The notes beneath the pieces were generated by a model. The model did not search any database, was not told the origin of the DNA, and saw only the letters and a program-made list of their open reading frames with translations. A DNA stretch of 64,000 bases from the NCBI GenBank assembly GCA_020052415.1, contig JAGVPB010000094.1, forward strand, positions 102,881 to 166,880. The letters are read 5' to 3'. The translations under genes were made by a program, and so were the position numbers. Positions 8,814 to 18,767 of this stretch are shown here, piece by piece (position 1 is the first letter of the stretch; every line of letters begins with the position of its first letter). This DNA is from Bacteroidales bacterium (GTDB lineage: Bacteria; Bacteroidota; Bacteroidia; Bacteroidales; JAADJA01).

Positions 8814-11800
8814 TATTTTTTCTTTTCCTGTATATTCTAAAGCCGATATAAACGGTTACTAAAATTAGAAGAAAAGCTACAGGATAAATTAAATACCTCC
8901 TGTATGAATAGGTGATAATGGTTGAATTATCACCTATTTGTACATAAGCAGCCCAAAAATATGGATGAGAATGTATTTGATCAGATTCAGTTATATAGGT
9001 CAGCTTTGAATTTCTAAGTGCATCATCAATATTCAATCCTTTATTCAGATTATGATAAAACTTTTCCATTATATTAGCACTGGAAATATCTTCTATTTCC
9101 CATAATGTCATGACAATAGAAGGAACACCTGCATACATAAATCCCCTGGCAAGACTCATGATTCCTTCTCCCTTACTGAACTTACCTATGCCTGTTTTAC
9201 ATGCACTTAAAACCACCAATTGGGCATTTAGGTTGAGATTGTAAATTTCATAATTATTCAGAAATCCATCCTCCGCCGAATCATTATTTAAAGTAAAAAC
9301 TAATTTTGATTTAAGTGGATCTTCATCATTTATTAAGGTATGCATTGCAAAATGAAGTATTTTAAACTTATTGGCATCGGATTTAACAAATTTCTCGGTA
9401 GCCTCCTCACCAGTCACAACTTTGCCATATACTTCTGAACTAATATTATTTACTTCATCAATTGAATAATCCAAAGGTGTAAGCATTGAGAATTTATCCC
9501 ATGAGACCTTATGTTCAGAGTTCAAATCTGCTAAGTTCAAATAGGTTGGGGCCATAGCCAACAACTTACCATTGTTTTTCTTCTTAACATTATGTTTAAA
9601 CATTATGGTCGCTGAATAAATGTAAGATACAGAATATTGATTAATTACATAGTTTAAATTTCTGAAATCCAATTTATCCGGGACATAATCATCCATTAAT
9701 AAGGCTTCGAAAGTTAAGTAACCCAATATACCATCCGGAACGATCAGCAAACTTTTATGATCCTTGGTAACTCCAATATTTTCCAATAATATTTTATAAA
9801 AATAATAACTGCTTTGAATAAAATCTTTATAAGTCTCCTTCGTAAAATCATGACCCGGAAAGACATTTATCAAAGACATAAGCCCGATAACTTTTTCAGA
9901 GATATTACCTTCAATTATTTGCTTTTTATAAATCACTGTGTCATGCGAAATTAAAAATGTTAACAAGGCTGAATCAACAATTTTATACTCTATAAATATT
10001 TCGTCCTTCTCAAGTCTTTGCTGAATATCCTTAACTTCGATAACATCCACACTATATTTAAGCTGGAAATAGTCGGGATAATTATTTTCAATATGATCAA
10101 TCAGGCTGTCGTATTTTAATGATTCTTCAAAGATTATTTTTTTTAATGAAAAAATTTTATTGCTGTCAGGCATGCTTTTTTGACTTTCGTCATATAGGTT
10201 GATTTTATATAATGAAATTTCTTTATTAAGGTTTTGTTCCTTTGCTTTTATATTTTCAGGAATTTTACCAATTTCGATAGCCTCAGATTGCCTTAACGAA
10301 GATAAAAGAATTGCAGCTTTACCTTTTTCCGAAAACTCAAAAGCTTTATATAAATAATCAATGTCGTTGGTCTTCTCATAAAGATCTGTTGCTACAAGTA
10401 CAATTGAATTATAAATATCATATACATAATCATTTATTAATAGCTTAGTATTTTCGTCCTTATATGAGGATAAAATTTTCTCAAACAAGATTATTGTTAA
10501 TTTATTTACCTCGAAGCTTGCTTGTAGATCTGCAATCTTATGACTGTATTTTCTATAGTAAAGATAAAGTGCATCAGATTTTTTATACAAGGCAATAAAA
10601 TTGTTAAACTCTAAGTCAATGTCATCAATTGATGGATTCGAATATAAATTGTAATCATTGAATTTTTTTATTGTAGAAACAATAGCTTTTTGATAAACTT
10701 CCAACGCCTGTTCAATTTTATCCATATCGTAATACAAATCGGCAAGGTTAATTAAAACCAAAGAAACTTCAGTATTTTTAAAACCAAAAATCTCCTTATA
10801 AATTCTTAATGCATCATTAAATAAATTAACAGCTTCATTATACTTCTTCTGATTTGTACAAAATTGTCCATAAGCACTATAACTTCCTGCTGTATGGTAA
10901 CTATCTTTACCGTATAATTTTTCTGAAATTGAAATGGCCTTTTTATAATTCTCTTCAGCCTTAGAAAAGTCATTCAAACTAAAATAACACCTTGCTGAAT
11001 TTCTTAAGGCTTTAATGCTATTTTCCGGACTAAAGTTGTCAATTAGACAATCATTATAAAATTCAATCGCTTTTTGCAGGTTACCCAGTTTTTCATAAAT
11101 AACCCCAAAATTGAGGTATAATTCATTTATAACTGAATTTGTTGTAATAGAATTCTTTCGATACAATTCCAAAGCCTGTTCCTGGTAAGTAAGAGCTTTA
11201 TTATAATCACCTAACAAAATAAATATCGAACCTATATTAAAATATATCGGGGCAAGGCCAAAGTATTCCAAACCGAAATTTGAAATATAAATTTCTTCTG
11301 CTTTACTCAGATAATTCAAAGATTCGTTTGACTCTCCCATTATATACAAAAACCTGCCATAATTAAGGTATCCGGAAGCGAGCTGCGGATCGTTCTTATT
11401 AAGAAACTTTTCTTTCAATAATACTGATTGATTGAAATATAATTTCGCACTGTCATACAATCCCATATTTGAATTAGCAATGCCTATGTTTAAATACAAT
11501 GAAGCAATTGTAATATCAGATGGATAAACTCTTGACCTCTCAATCGAAAGTGCTTTATTATAAAAACCAAGTGCAGCTTTATTATCCTTTAAGCTAATTT
11601 CAAGGTTTCCAAGTGATTTATAAACCAACGGTGTTAGGCTGTCATATTTTTCATTTTCACAATAATCACGAGCAAGTTTAAGGCATTTTAGTGAACTATC
11701 AATTTCGCCATATTTAAATAATAAATTCCCTTTAATAAAGAAAAACTCTGCATGTACTTTTTTTGAATCTATCCCTTTAGAATTTAGAAAAATTTCGGAA

Positions 11801-12132
11801 GACTTTAAATAATGGAATGCTGAATCAAAAATTCCTTTTGTTTGAAATGATTGTGAAATAAGGATTTGACATTTTAAATATTTCTCCCTTTGATCAATTT
11901 GTAAATATAACAGCGAAGCTTTTTTGTAAAAAAACAATGCCGAATCGAACTGTGCCTGCAAATATAGAGAATCAGCTTTATAAAAGTTTTGAAATGCTTT
12001 CGAGGTCAATTCGGAAGTATCAATTGATTGGCTGTTTGAATTGACAGATGATAAACCAGACACTTTATTATTGCAACAAAATACCGTTAATAAAGCTATT
12101 AATACAAATCCGTTTAAAAAAAATTTGTTCAT
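8806..12132 (-). CDS. exported TPR-repeat / CHAT-domain (caspase-fold protease) protein with C-terminal membrane anchor
   Basis: The N-terminal signal is MNKFFLNGFVLIALLTVFCCNN. About 600 aa of TPR-like repeats follow. The CHAT region contains ILHFAMHTLINDEDPLKSKLVF and LVVLSACKTGIG (His and Cys dyad context). The C-terminal TM is YPVAFLLILVTVYIGF, followed by RIYRKRKNIS. Confidence 0.8.
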   Translation of the reverse strand: MNKFFLNGFVLIALLTVFCCNNKVSGLSSVNSNSQSIDTSELTSKAFQNFYKADSLYLQAQFDSALFFYKKASLLYLQIDQREKYLKCQILISQSFQTKGIFDSAFHYLKSSEIFLNSKGIDSKKVHAEFFFIKGNLLFKYGEIDSSLKCLKLARDYCENEKYDSLTPLVYKSLGNLEISLKDNKAALGFYNKALSIERSRVYPSDITIASLYLNIGIANSNMGLYDSAKLYFNQSVLLKEKFLNKNDPQLASGYLNYGRFLYIMGESNESLNYLSKAEEIYISNFGLEYFGLAPIYFNIGSIFILLGDYNKALTYQEQALELYRKNSITTNSVINELYLNFGVIYEKLGNLQKAIEFYNDCLIDNFSPENSIKALRNSARCYFSLNDFSKAEENYKKAISISEKLYGKDSYHTAGSYSAYGQFCTNQKKYNEAVNLFNDALRIYKEIFGFKNTEVSLVLINLADLYYDMDKIEQALEVYQKAIVSTIKKFNDYNLYSNPSIDDIDLEFNNFIALYKKSDALYLYYRKYSHKIADLQASFEVNKLTIILFEKILSSYKDENTKLLINDYVYDIYNSIVLVATDLYEKTNDIDYLYKAFEFSEKGKAAILLSSLRQSEAIEIGKIPENIKAKEQNLNKEISLYKINLYDESQKSMPDSNKIFSLKKIIFEESLKYDSLIDHIENNYPDYFQLKYSVDVIEVKDIQQRLEKDEIFIEYKIVDSALLTFLISHDTVIYKKQIIEGNISEKVIGLMSLINVFPGHDFTKETYKDFIQSSYYFYKILLENIGVTKDHKSLLIVPDGILGYLTFEALLMDDYVPDKLDFRNLNYVINQYSVSYIYSATIMFKHNVKKKNNGKLLAMAPTYLNLADLNSEHKVSWDKFSMLTPLDYSIDEVNNISSEVYGKVVTGEEATEKFVKSDANKFKILHFAMHTLINDEDPLKSKLVFTLNNDSAEDGFLNNYEIYNLNLNAQLVVLSACKTGIGKFSKGEGIMSLARGFMYAGVPSIVMTLWEIEDISSANIMEKFYHNLNKGLNIDDALRNSKLTYITESDQIHSHPYFWAAYVQIGDNSTIITYSYRRYLIYPVAFLLILVTVYIGFRIYRKRKNIS

Positions 12133-12290
12133 GGAAGGAAATAACTCCTTAAATTAATAGAACGTTGCACCGATAAAGAATAAATCATTATTCCTGCATA
12201 TTTTAATTCAATATTCCATCGAACACAATCAAAACAATCTTACTTAATCGAAAAACTTCTCTGTCGGGTCAATATTAGCAAGCGAAATAA

Positions 12291-12325
12291 AAAAGGGAAA
12301 TAATCTGAGCGAAAATTTCCCTTTT
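12291..12325 (-). terminator. rho-independent terminator downstream of the small secreted-peptide gene
   Basis: A perfect 11-bp stem pairs AAAAGGGAAAT (12291-12301) with ATTTCCCTTTT (12315-12325). On the minus strand it is followed by a T-rich run. Confidence 0.6.
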
Positions 12326-12498
12326 AATAAATCAAATCTCTTCAAGTACCAGAAAATTTTACCCTTATCCCTATATAAAACAAGAGACAATAATTCAACC
12401 ATTAGCAAATCTATTTATAATTTGCAACGTACGAAACTTATCTCTACAAATTGAAATAAGCTGTAAAATCTTTACAAAATCTCTCTGATAATAAAACT

Positions 12499-12681
12499 TT
12501 ATTCCGGAACGTAAACTCCATTAACATCCGCAGCACTATTTCCCTGAATATCATTACCTGGAGAAGTAGATGTACCTGAATTACCGTTGGCATCAGTACC
12601 AGTTTCATCAGAGAATACATTTAAAGTAAAAAAAACAAAGAACATAGCCATAATAATGGCAACAAAACCTCTCTTTTTCAT
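12499..12681 (-). CDS. small secreted protein (60 aa), Gly/Asn/Ser/Thr-rich mature part
   Basis: MKKRGFVAIIMAMFFVFFTLNVFS is a signal-like segment followed by a low-complexity DETGTDANGNSGTSTSPGNDIQGNSAADVNG tail. The gene has its own TAnnTTTG element (12725-12732, minus) and terminator (12291-12325). Confidence 0.5.
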   Translation of the reverse strand: MKKRGFVAIIMAMFFVFFTLNVFSDETGTDANGNSGTSTSPGNDIQGNSAADVNGVYVPE

Positions 12682-12724
12682 AAACCCTCAATTTTAAAAT
12701 TAATACAATTTTCGAATGACGATT

Positions 12725-12732
12725 CAAAAATA
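12725..12732 (-). promoter_or_regulatory. Bacteroidota -7 promoter element (TATTTTTG) for the small secreted-peptide gene
   Basis: The minus strand reads TATTTTTG 44 nt upstream of the ATG at 12681. Confidence 0.3.
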
Positions 12733-12863
12733 GTACTATTTTTCAATTTGGGACTTTTTTTTTCAATTTTTCACATATTTTATTAAATACATTATATTAA
12801 ATGCTGGTTATCAGTAAATTAATAATATTTTTTATTTTTTTAGTAAAAATAATTACAAAACCA

Positions 12864-12894
12864 GGGTAACCTTTTTTTCGATTTCAGAATTAAC
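12864..12894 (+). promoter_or_regulatory. second copy of the conserved GGGTWACC-N-CAGAATTAAC motif, upstream of the histidine kinase-like gene
   Basis: GGGTAACCTTTTTTTCGATTTCAGAATTAAC lies 44 nt upstream of the ATG at 12938. The upstream flank TACAAAACCA also resembles TACAGAACA at the first site. Confidence 0.5.
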
Positions 12895-12937
12895 AAATGG
12901 AGTGTAGTGCGTATTTCTTGACCTTTAATTTGCAGAA

Positions 12938-13729
12938 ATGAATAGAAAGTTGACTTATAAAGAGTTAGAGGAAAAGGTATCCGAAATGGAAAGTAAACTT
13001 ACCTTGAAGGATAAAGAAGTACATAAGTTAAAGTCATCCTTTCTATCGAATATTTCACACGAAATTCGAACCCCGATGAATGTGATAGTTGGATTCTCCT
13101 ATCTGCTAAATGATCCACATTATGACCAAAATCAAAAGGAATTCTTTGTTGGAGAGATAAATAAAAACAGTAAAGAATTACTCAGGTTAATTGATAACAT
13201 TATTTTAACTGCCAAGATTGAGACGGATGATATTAAGCTCGAAATGAATATTTGTGATATTCAAACCTTGATGGAGGAACTTTATACTCAAATTCGAAAA
13301 TTTGTTAATTCTAATTTAAACAATAAAGTTGAATTAAAATTCATTCAAAATACTTTAAAATCGAATTATCAGATTTTCACAGACAGGGAGAAGTTTATGC
13401 GCGCGATGTTTAATATGATAGAAAACGCAATTAAATTTTCAAAAAATAATTCTGTCGAATTTGGTTACAATATAATTAATGACAAATTTGTTGATTTCTT
13501 CATTAAAGATAATGGAATTGGTACCAATGGTGAAATCAATTTCTCCGGCCGGAAATTAAGTCTTATTGAACCGGATGATAATTCAGATTTTTATGAAACC
13601 AGGATTGGACTTACTATATCTGATAAATTGATCAGGTTGCTTGGCGGAAAGTTAAAAATAAAATCCTCAATTGGAAAAGGATCCTCTTTTAATTTTACAA
13701 TACCTCTGTTAGTAGAAAAGCCTGTATAA
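12938..13729 (+). CDS. soluble histidine kinase-like protein (coiled coil + HisKA + HATPase_c), no sensor or TM domain
   Basis: The H-box is SFLSNISHEIRTPMN, the N-box-like segment is MIENAIKFS, the G1-like segment is IKDNGIG and the G2-like segment is GLTISDKLIRLLGG. No hydrophobic segment is present and no response regulator gene lies nearby. Confidence 0.7.
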   Translation: MNRKLTYKELEEKVSEMESKLTLKDKEVHKLKSSFLSNISHEIRTPMNVIVGFSYLLNDPHYDQNQKEFFVGEINKNSKELLRLIDNIILTAKIETDDIKLEMNICDIQTLMEELYTQIRKFVNSNLNNKVELKFIQNTLKSNYQIFTDREKFMRAMFNMIENAIKFSKNNSVEFGYNIINDKFVDFFIKDNGIGTNGEINFSGRKLSLIEPDDNSDFYETRIGLTISDKLIRLLGGKLKIKSSIGKGSSFNFTIPLLVEKPV

Positions 13730-13750
13730 ACGATACAGGCTAAGAATTAA

Positions 13751-13778
13751 GCCATCCAATATTGGGTGGCTTTTTTTT
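13751..13778 (+). terminator. rho-independent terminator after the histidine kinase-like gene
   Basis: The hairpin GCCATCCAAT/ATTGGGTGGC is followed directly by T8. Confidence 0.7.
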
Positions 13779-13896
13779 ATTTACCGTTAATCTATTACAA
13801 TTCGAATGGTTGAAAGAAATAATTTCAGGCTATAACAATCTAAAATTCCTGTAAATTTTAATTTGCTTTGCAATAAAAATAAATTAAATATTGCTT

Positions 13897-16530
13897 CTAT
13901 CGCTTTAACAATAAAAGCTGCTCTTCAATTACCTTTATTTTATTTTCAGCATCCTTTTTCTTATTAATCTCCTTTTGAATGACGGAAGAAGGAGCTGTAC
14001 TTACAAATCTTTCATTTTCCAGTTTCTTTATTACCGACTTGAGAAATCCTTTTGTATATTCAAGTTCATTCTCTAGTTTTATTATTTCCTTATCATGATC
14101 TATAAGCCCGGAAACCGGTACATAAAATTCTGTCGACTTTACTACAAAGGAAGCAGCATCAGGTACTTTCGCGTCAACATATAAAATATTGCTGATTTTA
14201 CACAGCTTGGCAATTACACTATCGAAAGTATGATCAGGTACTTGTTTATTATTTTTTTTAATAAATAAATCTATAAACTCTTTGTGAGGAATATTTTTCT
14301 CTTTACGCAAATTACGGATAGCCATAATGACTTCACTTTCAAGTTCAAATTTTTGTAAAATTCGAAAATCAGAACTACTTTGAACATTTATTCCGGCAAC
14401 CATTATACTCTCATTTTCTCCTCTCTCACCTAAATGATGCCATATTTCTTCTGTTATAAATGGCATAAAAGGATGTAAAAGCTTCATTAATCCTTCAAAA
14501 AGAGAAATAGTTTTTTTATAGGTCACCTCATCTATTGGAAGCTGGTAGCCAGGTTTAATCATTTCAAGATACCAGGAACAGAAGTCATCCCAGATTAATT
14601 TATACACTGTCATTAAGGCATCTGAAATTCTGTACTTCGAAAATTGATCATTTAGGGTTGCAATTGTAAAATTCAACTTTGACTCAAACCACTGTACAGA
14701 TGTCGCAGCATATTCTGGCTGATCAAGGGTTTGGTTAATCTCCCACCCTTTTACAAGCCTCATCGCGTTCCAAATTTTATTGCTAAAATTTCTTCCCTGT
14801 TCACACAATACCTCATCGAATGGCAAATCATTTCCTGCCGGAGAAGTAAGTAACATTCCCATACGAACGCCATCAGCTCCATATTTATTGATAAGTTCAA
14901 TGGGATCAGGAGAGTTACCAAGTGATTTTGACATCTTCCTTCCAAGTTTATCGCGAACAATGCCTGTTAAATATACATTTTTAAAAGGTATTTTTTTCTG
15001 ATACTCAAGACCAGCCATAATCATTCGTGCTACCCAAAAGAAAAGTATTTCAGGTGCGGTAACCAAATCATTCGTAGGGTAATAATATGTAATTTCCTGG
15101 TTTGATGGATTCCTTATACCATCGAAAACAGAAATTGGCCATAACCATGATGAAAACCAGGTATCAAGGACATCTTCATCCTGCCTTAAATCGTCAATTT
15201 TCAGGTTCTTCAAATTAAGATCATTTTTTGCAATTTCAAAAGCCTGTTCTTTGGACCGGGCAACAATCACTTCATTATCTGGTGTGTAATATGCTGGAAT
15301 TCTTTGCCCCCACCATAATTGCCGTGAAATACACCAATCACGTACATTTTCCATCCAATGCCGGTATGTATTTATAAATTTTGCCGGATGAAATTTAATT
15401 GTACCGTTTAATACAACATCCAAGGCAGGTTTAGCAAGCCTGTCCATTTTAAGAAACCATTGGAGTGAAAGCTTAGGTTCGATGGCTTCATCAGTTCTCT
15501 CGGAAAAACCAATTTTATTTACATAATCCTCAATTTTTACAAGATTGTTCTCTTTTTCGAGTTCAATAATAATTTTTTTCCTTGCTTCAAACCGATCTTC
15601 ACCTACAAAAATTTGTGCCTTCTGACTAAGGGTCCCGTTGTCCTCAAATATGTCAATTGTCGGTAATTTATGTCTTATCCCGATTTCATAATCATTAATA
15701 TCATGTGCAGGAGTTATCTTCAGGCAACCAGTGCCAAATTCCATGTCAACATATTCATCTTCAATAACAGGAATGACACGGTCAATTAACGGAACCAGAA
15801 CTTTCTTACCCAGAAATTTTTTAAATCTCGTATCATTGGGATTGACGCAGACAGCCGTATCACCTAAGATGGTTTCGGGACGAGTAGTGGCAATAGTGAT
15901 CCAGTCCTCTTCATCTGTCACTCTATACCTGATATAATAGAGTTTGGAATGAACTTCCTTATAAATAACCTCTTCATCCGACAAAGCAGTTAATGCCTTC
16001 GGGTCCCAGTTGACCATACGGATACCACGATAAATAAGACCTTTATTATAAAGGTCAATAAACACGTCAATCACAGATTGGTAAAGAGATTCATCCATCG
16101 TAAACCTCGTTCGTTCCCAATCACAGGAAGCTCCAAGCTTTTTCAGTTGTTCAAGGATAATGCCTCCATGTTTTTCTTTCCAATCCCAGGCATGTTTTAA
16201 AAATTCTTCCCTTGAAATAGATGATTTCTCAATGCCCATTTCTTTCAATTTGCCAACAACTTTAGCTTCTGTTGCGATGGAAGCATGGTCAGTCCCGGGC
16301 AACCAGAGAGCATTTTTACCCAGCATGCGTGCCCGCCGCACCAAAACATCCTGTAAAGTATTGTTCAGCATGTGACCCATGTGCAATACGCCTGTAACAT
16401 TCGGAGGAGGTATTACGATACAATACGGGTCCCTGTCATCCGGTACACTTCTGAAAAAGCCATTATCCATCCAGAACTTATACCACTTATCCTCAGTCTT
16501 CAATGGTTCGTATTTACTGGGAATATTCAT
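13897..16530 (-). CDS. valS: valine--tRNA ligase
   Basis: At 877 aa it carries the class I HIGH-type motif [24 protein letters not shown], and a C-terminal coiled coil. Confidence 0.95.
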   Translation of the reverse strand: MNIPSKYEPLKTEDKWYKFWMDNGFFRSVPDDRDPYCIVIPPPNVTGVLHMGHMLNNTLQDVLVRRARMLGKNALWLPGTDHASIATEAKVVGKLKEMGIEKSSISREEFLKHAWDWKEKHGGIILEQLKKLGASCDWERTRFTMDESLYQSVIDVFIDLYNKGLIYRGIRMVNWDPKALTALSDEEVIYKEVHSKLYYIRYRVTDEEDWITIATTRPETILGDTAVCVNPNDTRFKKFLGKKVLVPLIDRVIPVIEDEYVDMEFGTGCLKITPAHDINDYEIGIRHKLPTIDIFEDNGTLSQKAQIFVGEDRFEARKKIIIELEKENNLVKIEDYVNKIGFSERTDEAIEPKLSLQWFLKMDRLAKPALDVVLNGTIKFHPAKFINTYRHWMENVRDWCISRQLWWGQRIPAYYTPDNEVIVARSKEQAFEIAKNDLNLKNLKIDDLRQDEDVLDTWFSSWLWPISVFDGIRNPSNQEITYYYPTNDLVTAPEILFFWVARMIMAGLEYQKKIPFKNVYLTGIVRDKLGRKMSKSLGNSPDPIELINKYGADGVRMGMLLTSPAGNDLPFDEVLCEQGRNFSNKIWNAMRLVKGWEINQTLDQPEYAATSVQWFESKLNFTIATLNDQFSKYRISDALMTVYKLIWDDFCSWYLEMIKPGYQLPIDEVTYKKTISLFEGLMKLLHPFMPFITEEIWHHLGERGENESIMVAGINVQSSSDFRILQKFELESEVIMAIRNLRKEKNIPHKEFIDLFIKKNNKQVPDHTFDSVIAKLCKISNILYVDAKVPDAASFVVKSTEFYVPVSGLIDHDKEIIKLENELEYTKGFLKSVIKKLENERFVSTAPSSVIQKEINKKKDAENKIKVIEEQLLLLKR

Positions 16531-16586
16531 AAGATATTTTTTATTTGAACAGGCAAAAGTAGAAAAAACATGTTTAGAGCATCCTG

Positions 16587-17210
16587 TTATTGCGAGAATA
16601 AAAAGTCCTTTGAATCCATTCCTAAATTAAATATCAAATCAATAACACTCATATTTGGAATAAATCCTGTTTGCGTATTAAATACCTGCCAATAAGGTTT
16701 AGAATTTAGATTTGATTTATTTTTAGGTATAATGTCGTATCGAAGATCAACCATTCCGGGCAATGCTTTTTTTAGATATGAATTATTGTATTCAATTGAC
16801 TTTTGGGCATTCAACACTCTTAAAATCATATTAAGAACTAATGAATTATAATCAAATAAAAATTTATAATTTTTGATGTAAAAAGGTTCCAGTGCATCTC
16901 TGTAAAATAAGAAATAAGGCGAATGATTATAGGCCGATACGATTGCCCGCCAATGCTTCAGCTGCCAATTCACAGAATAATCAATTCGAATGTCTTTGAT
17001 TTTAGTATGGTTTCCGTTAGTTTTTATGACTGGTATAGTCAAAATCAGCTTCCCGTTGCCGGTACAAATTTCACAACGATTGCGATAGGTCTGCTTTGTA
17101 TAATTTTCATCACCTTCAATGATGATTGAATCAGCTTTCATTATCCAGAAGAAGTATTCGATTGGAGGTAAGTATGCCGTAGAAAGCAGTATGGACAATG
17201 GTCTCATCAT
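16587..17210 (-). CDS. WbqC-like family protein
   Basis: [12 protein letters not shown]...[12 protein letters not shown] resembles the WbqC family (PF08889). The internal Met at 17210 is preferred because the track N-terminus runs through the terminator hairpin of the upstream gene. Confidence 0.6.
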   Translation of the reverse strand: MMRPLSILLSTAYLPPIEYFFWIMKADSIIIEGDENYTKQTYRNRCEICTGNGKLILTIPVIKTNGNHTKIKDIRIDYSVNWQLKHWRAIVSAYNHSPYFLFYRDALEPFYIKNYKFLFDYNSLVLNMILRVLNAQKSIEYNNSYLKKALPGMVDLRYDIIPKNKSNLNSKPYWQVFNTQTGFIPNMSVIDLIFNLGMDSKDFLFSQ

Positions 17211-17243
17211 AATTCCAAATGACAAAAATAACAAAGATAAGGC

Positions 17244-17275
17244 ATAAAAAAAGGTGCACACTGTATGCACCTTTT
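17244..17275 (-). terminator. rho-independent terminator after the thioredoxin gene
   Basis: A perfect 10-bp stem pairs AAAAGGTGCA (17249-17258) with TGCACCTTTT (17266-17275), with a T-run on the minus strand. Confidence 0.65.
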
Positions 17276-17293
17276 CAATATTGCTTATATTCT

Positions 17294-17662
17294 TTAATTA
17301 GCTGCGACTGGCTTATTCAACAAAACCTCATCAATTGCTCCTTTAAGAGCATCTTTCGGGAGGGCGCCCGTTGCCATTTGCGGTTTTCCATCCTTCGGGC
17401 AGAACAACATTGACGGGATGCTTCTGATACCAAAAGCAGCTGCAAGTTCCTGTTCCATTTCCGTATCTACTTTATAAATATTGATTTTACCATTGTATTC
17501 AACAGATAATTCCTCCAGGATAGGAGCTACCATTTTGCATGGACCGCACCAGTCGGCGTAAAAGTCTATTAAACATGGTAACTGGCCTTCAAACTGCCAA
17601 TCTTTATTCTTTTCGTAATTAAAAACTTTTTCCAAAAAAGTCTGTTTTGATAAATGTTCCAT
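17294..17662 (-). CDS. thioredoxin (cytoplasmic, CGPC active site)
   Basis: DFYADWCGPCKMVAP is present and there is no signal peptide. Confidence 0.85.
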   Translation of the reverse strand: MEHLSKQTFLEKVFNYEKNKDWQFEGQLPCLIDFYADWCGPCKMVAPILEELSVEYNGKINIYKVDTEMEQELAAAFGIRSIPSMLFCPKDGKPQMATGALPKDALKGAIDEVLLNKPVAAN

Positions 17663-17685
17663 TTTATTAGTTATTATTTATTTTT

Positions 17686-18213
17686 TTAAGATTTTTCACC
17701 ATTGATTTTAAGTACAAACTCATCTATTATCCTGATATAATCTTCTTTCGTAAGAGCACCGGGCTGCATCGCAGGCTTACCGGTTGCTGGACTGAAAAGA
17801 ACTGAAGGAATACTATTAACCCGAAAAACAGATGCAAGTTCTTTCTCTTTATCAGTATTTACTTTATATATTATGACTCTTCCTTTATAATGGTCTGCAA
17901 GTTCATCCATAATAGGTGCTACCATTTTACAGGGTTTACACCAGTCCGCATAAAAATCAATTACACACGGTAGTTCTCCTTTATAAATCCATTCTTCAGG
18001 ATTAGCTTCATAGTCCCAAACTTTAATTTTAAAGTCTGCAACCGTAAGATATGAGGGTTTGATGTCACCATTCGCCAATTGCGGATTATTAAATGAACTG
18101 ACATTGTCAACAGCGGCTGCATTTGTTTTTACCCCGGAATTTTCTGAATTCTGATTACAGGAAGCAGTTATGATTACAGTAATCAGAACCAGTAGTTTAA
18201 TTACTCTATGCAT
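17686..18213 (-). CDS. exported thioredoxin-family (lipo)protein, CKPC active site
   Basis: The signal or lipobox-like N-terminus is MHRVIKLLVLITVIITASC. The active site is DFYADWCKPCKMVAP. Confidence 0.8.
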   Translation of the reverse strand: MHRVIKLLVLITVIITASCNQNSENSGVKTNAAAVDNVSSFNNPQLANGDIKPSYLTVADFKIKVWDYEANPEEWIYKGELPCVIDFYADWCKPCKMVAPIMDELADHYKGRVIIYKVNTDKEKELASVFRVNSIPSVLFSPATGKPAMQPGALTKEDYIRIIDEFVLKINGEKS

Positions 18214-18235
18214 TTTTTATTGTATTATTTAATAA

Positions 18236-18682
18236 TTATTTCTTTTTCTCACCCAAAAGGAATTCATCTATCACCTGTTTGAATGATTCTTTAGGCAATG
18301 CTCCGGTTGACATTTGTGGTTTTCCATTTGCGGGCACAAATAAGACTGATGGAATACTACGAATACCAAACAAGGATGAAAGTTCGCGTTGCTGGTCGGT
18401 GTTTACTTTATAAATGTTGATTTTCCCTTTATATTCATTGGCAAGTTCTTCCATTATTGGCGCAATGAGTTTACACGGTTTACACCAGTCGGCATAAAAA
18501 TCAACGATACAGGGTAATTTACCTTCGTAAACCCATTCCTCAGGATTATCAACATAATTATAAATTTTTTGCTTGAAAGTTTCAGTTGTAAGCTGTTCCG
18601 GCTTAACTGCAGAATTATCCTGCGCACCAACCTGAAAGGCGATGGCAAAGGTTGACAGAAATATTATGAACAAATTTTTCAT
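18236..18682 (-). CDS. exported thioredoxin-family protein, CKPC active site
   Basis: The signal peptide is MKNLFIIFLSTFAIAFQVGAQ. The active site is DFYADWCKPCKLIAP. Confidence 0.8.
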   Translation of the reverse strand: MKNLFIIFLSTFAIAFQVGAQDNSAVKPEQLTTETFKQKIYNYVDNPEEWVYEGKLPCIVDFYADWCKPCKLIAPIMEELANEYKGKINIYKVNTDQQRELSSLFGIRSIPSVLFVPANGKPQMSTGALPKESFKQVIDEFLLGEKKK

Positions 18683-18767
18683 GTTAGACTTAATTTATTG
18701 ATAAAAATAAAAACGCTGCAAAGTTAAAATAATTTTTCAAAGAATATCGCTTAAATATCACTTTTCG

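Noticed and set aside
16379-16630. 83-aa plus-strand ORF spanning the valS start region
   Set aside because: It overlaps the 5' end of valS in antisense and the intergenic promoter region, and has no recognisable features.
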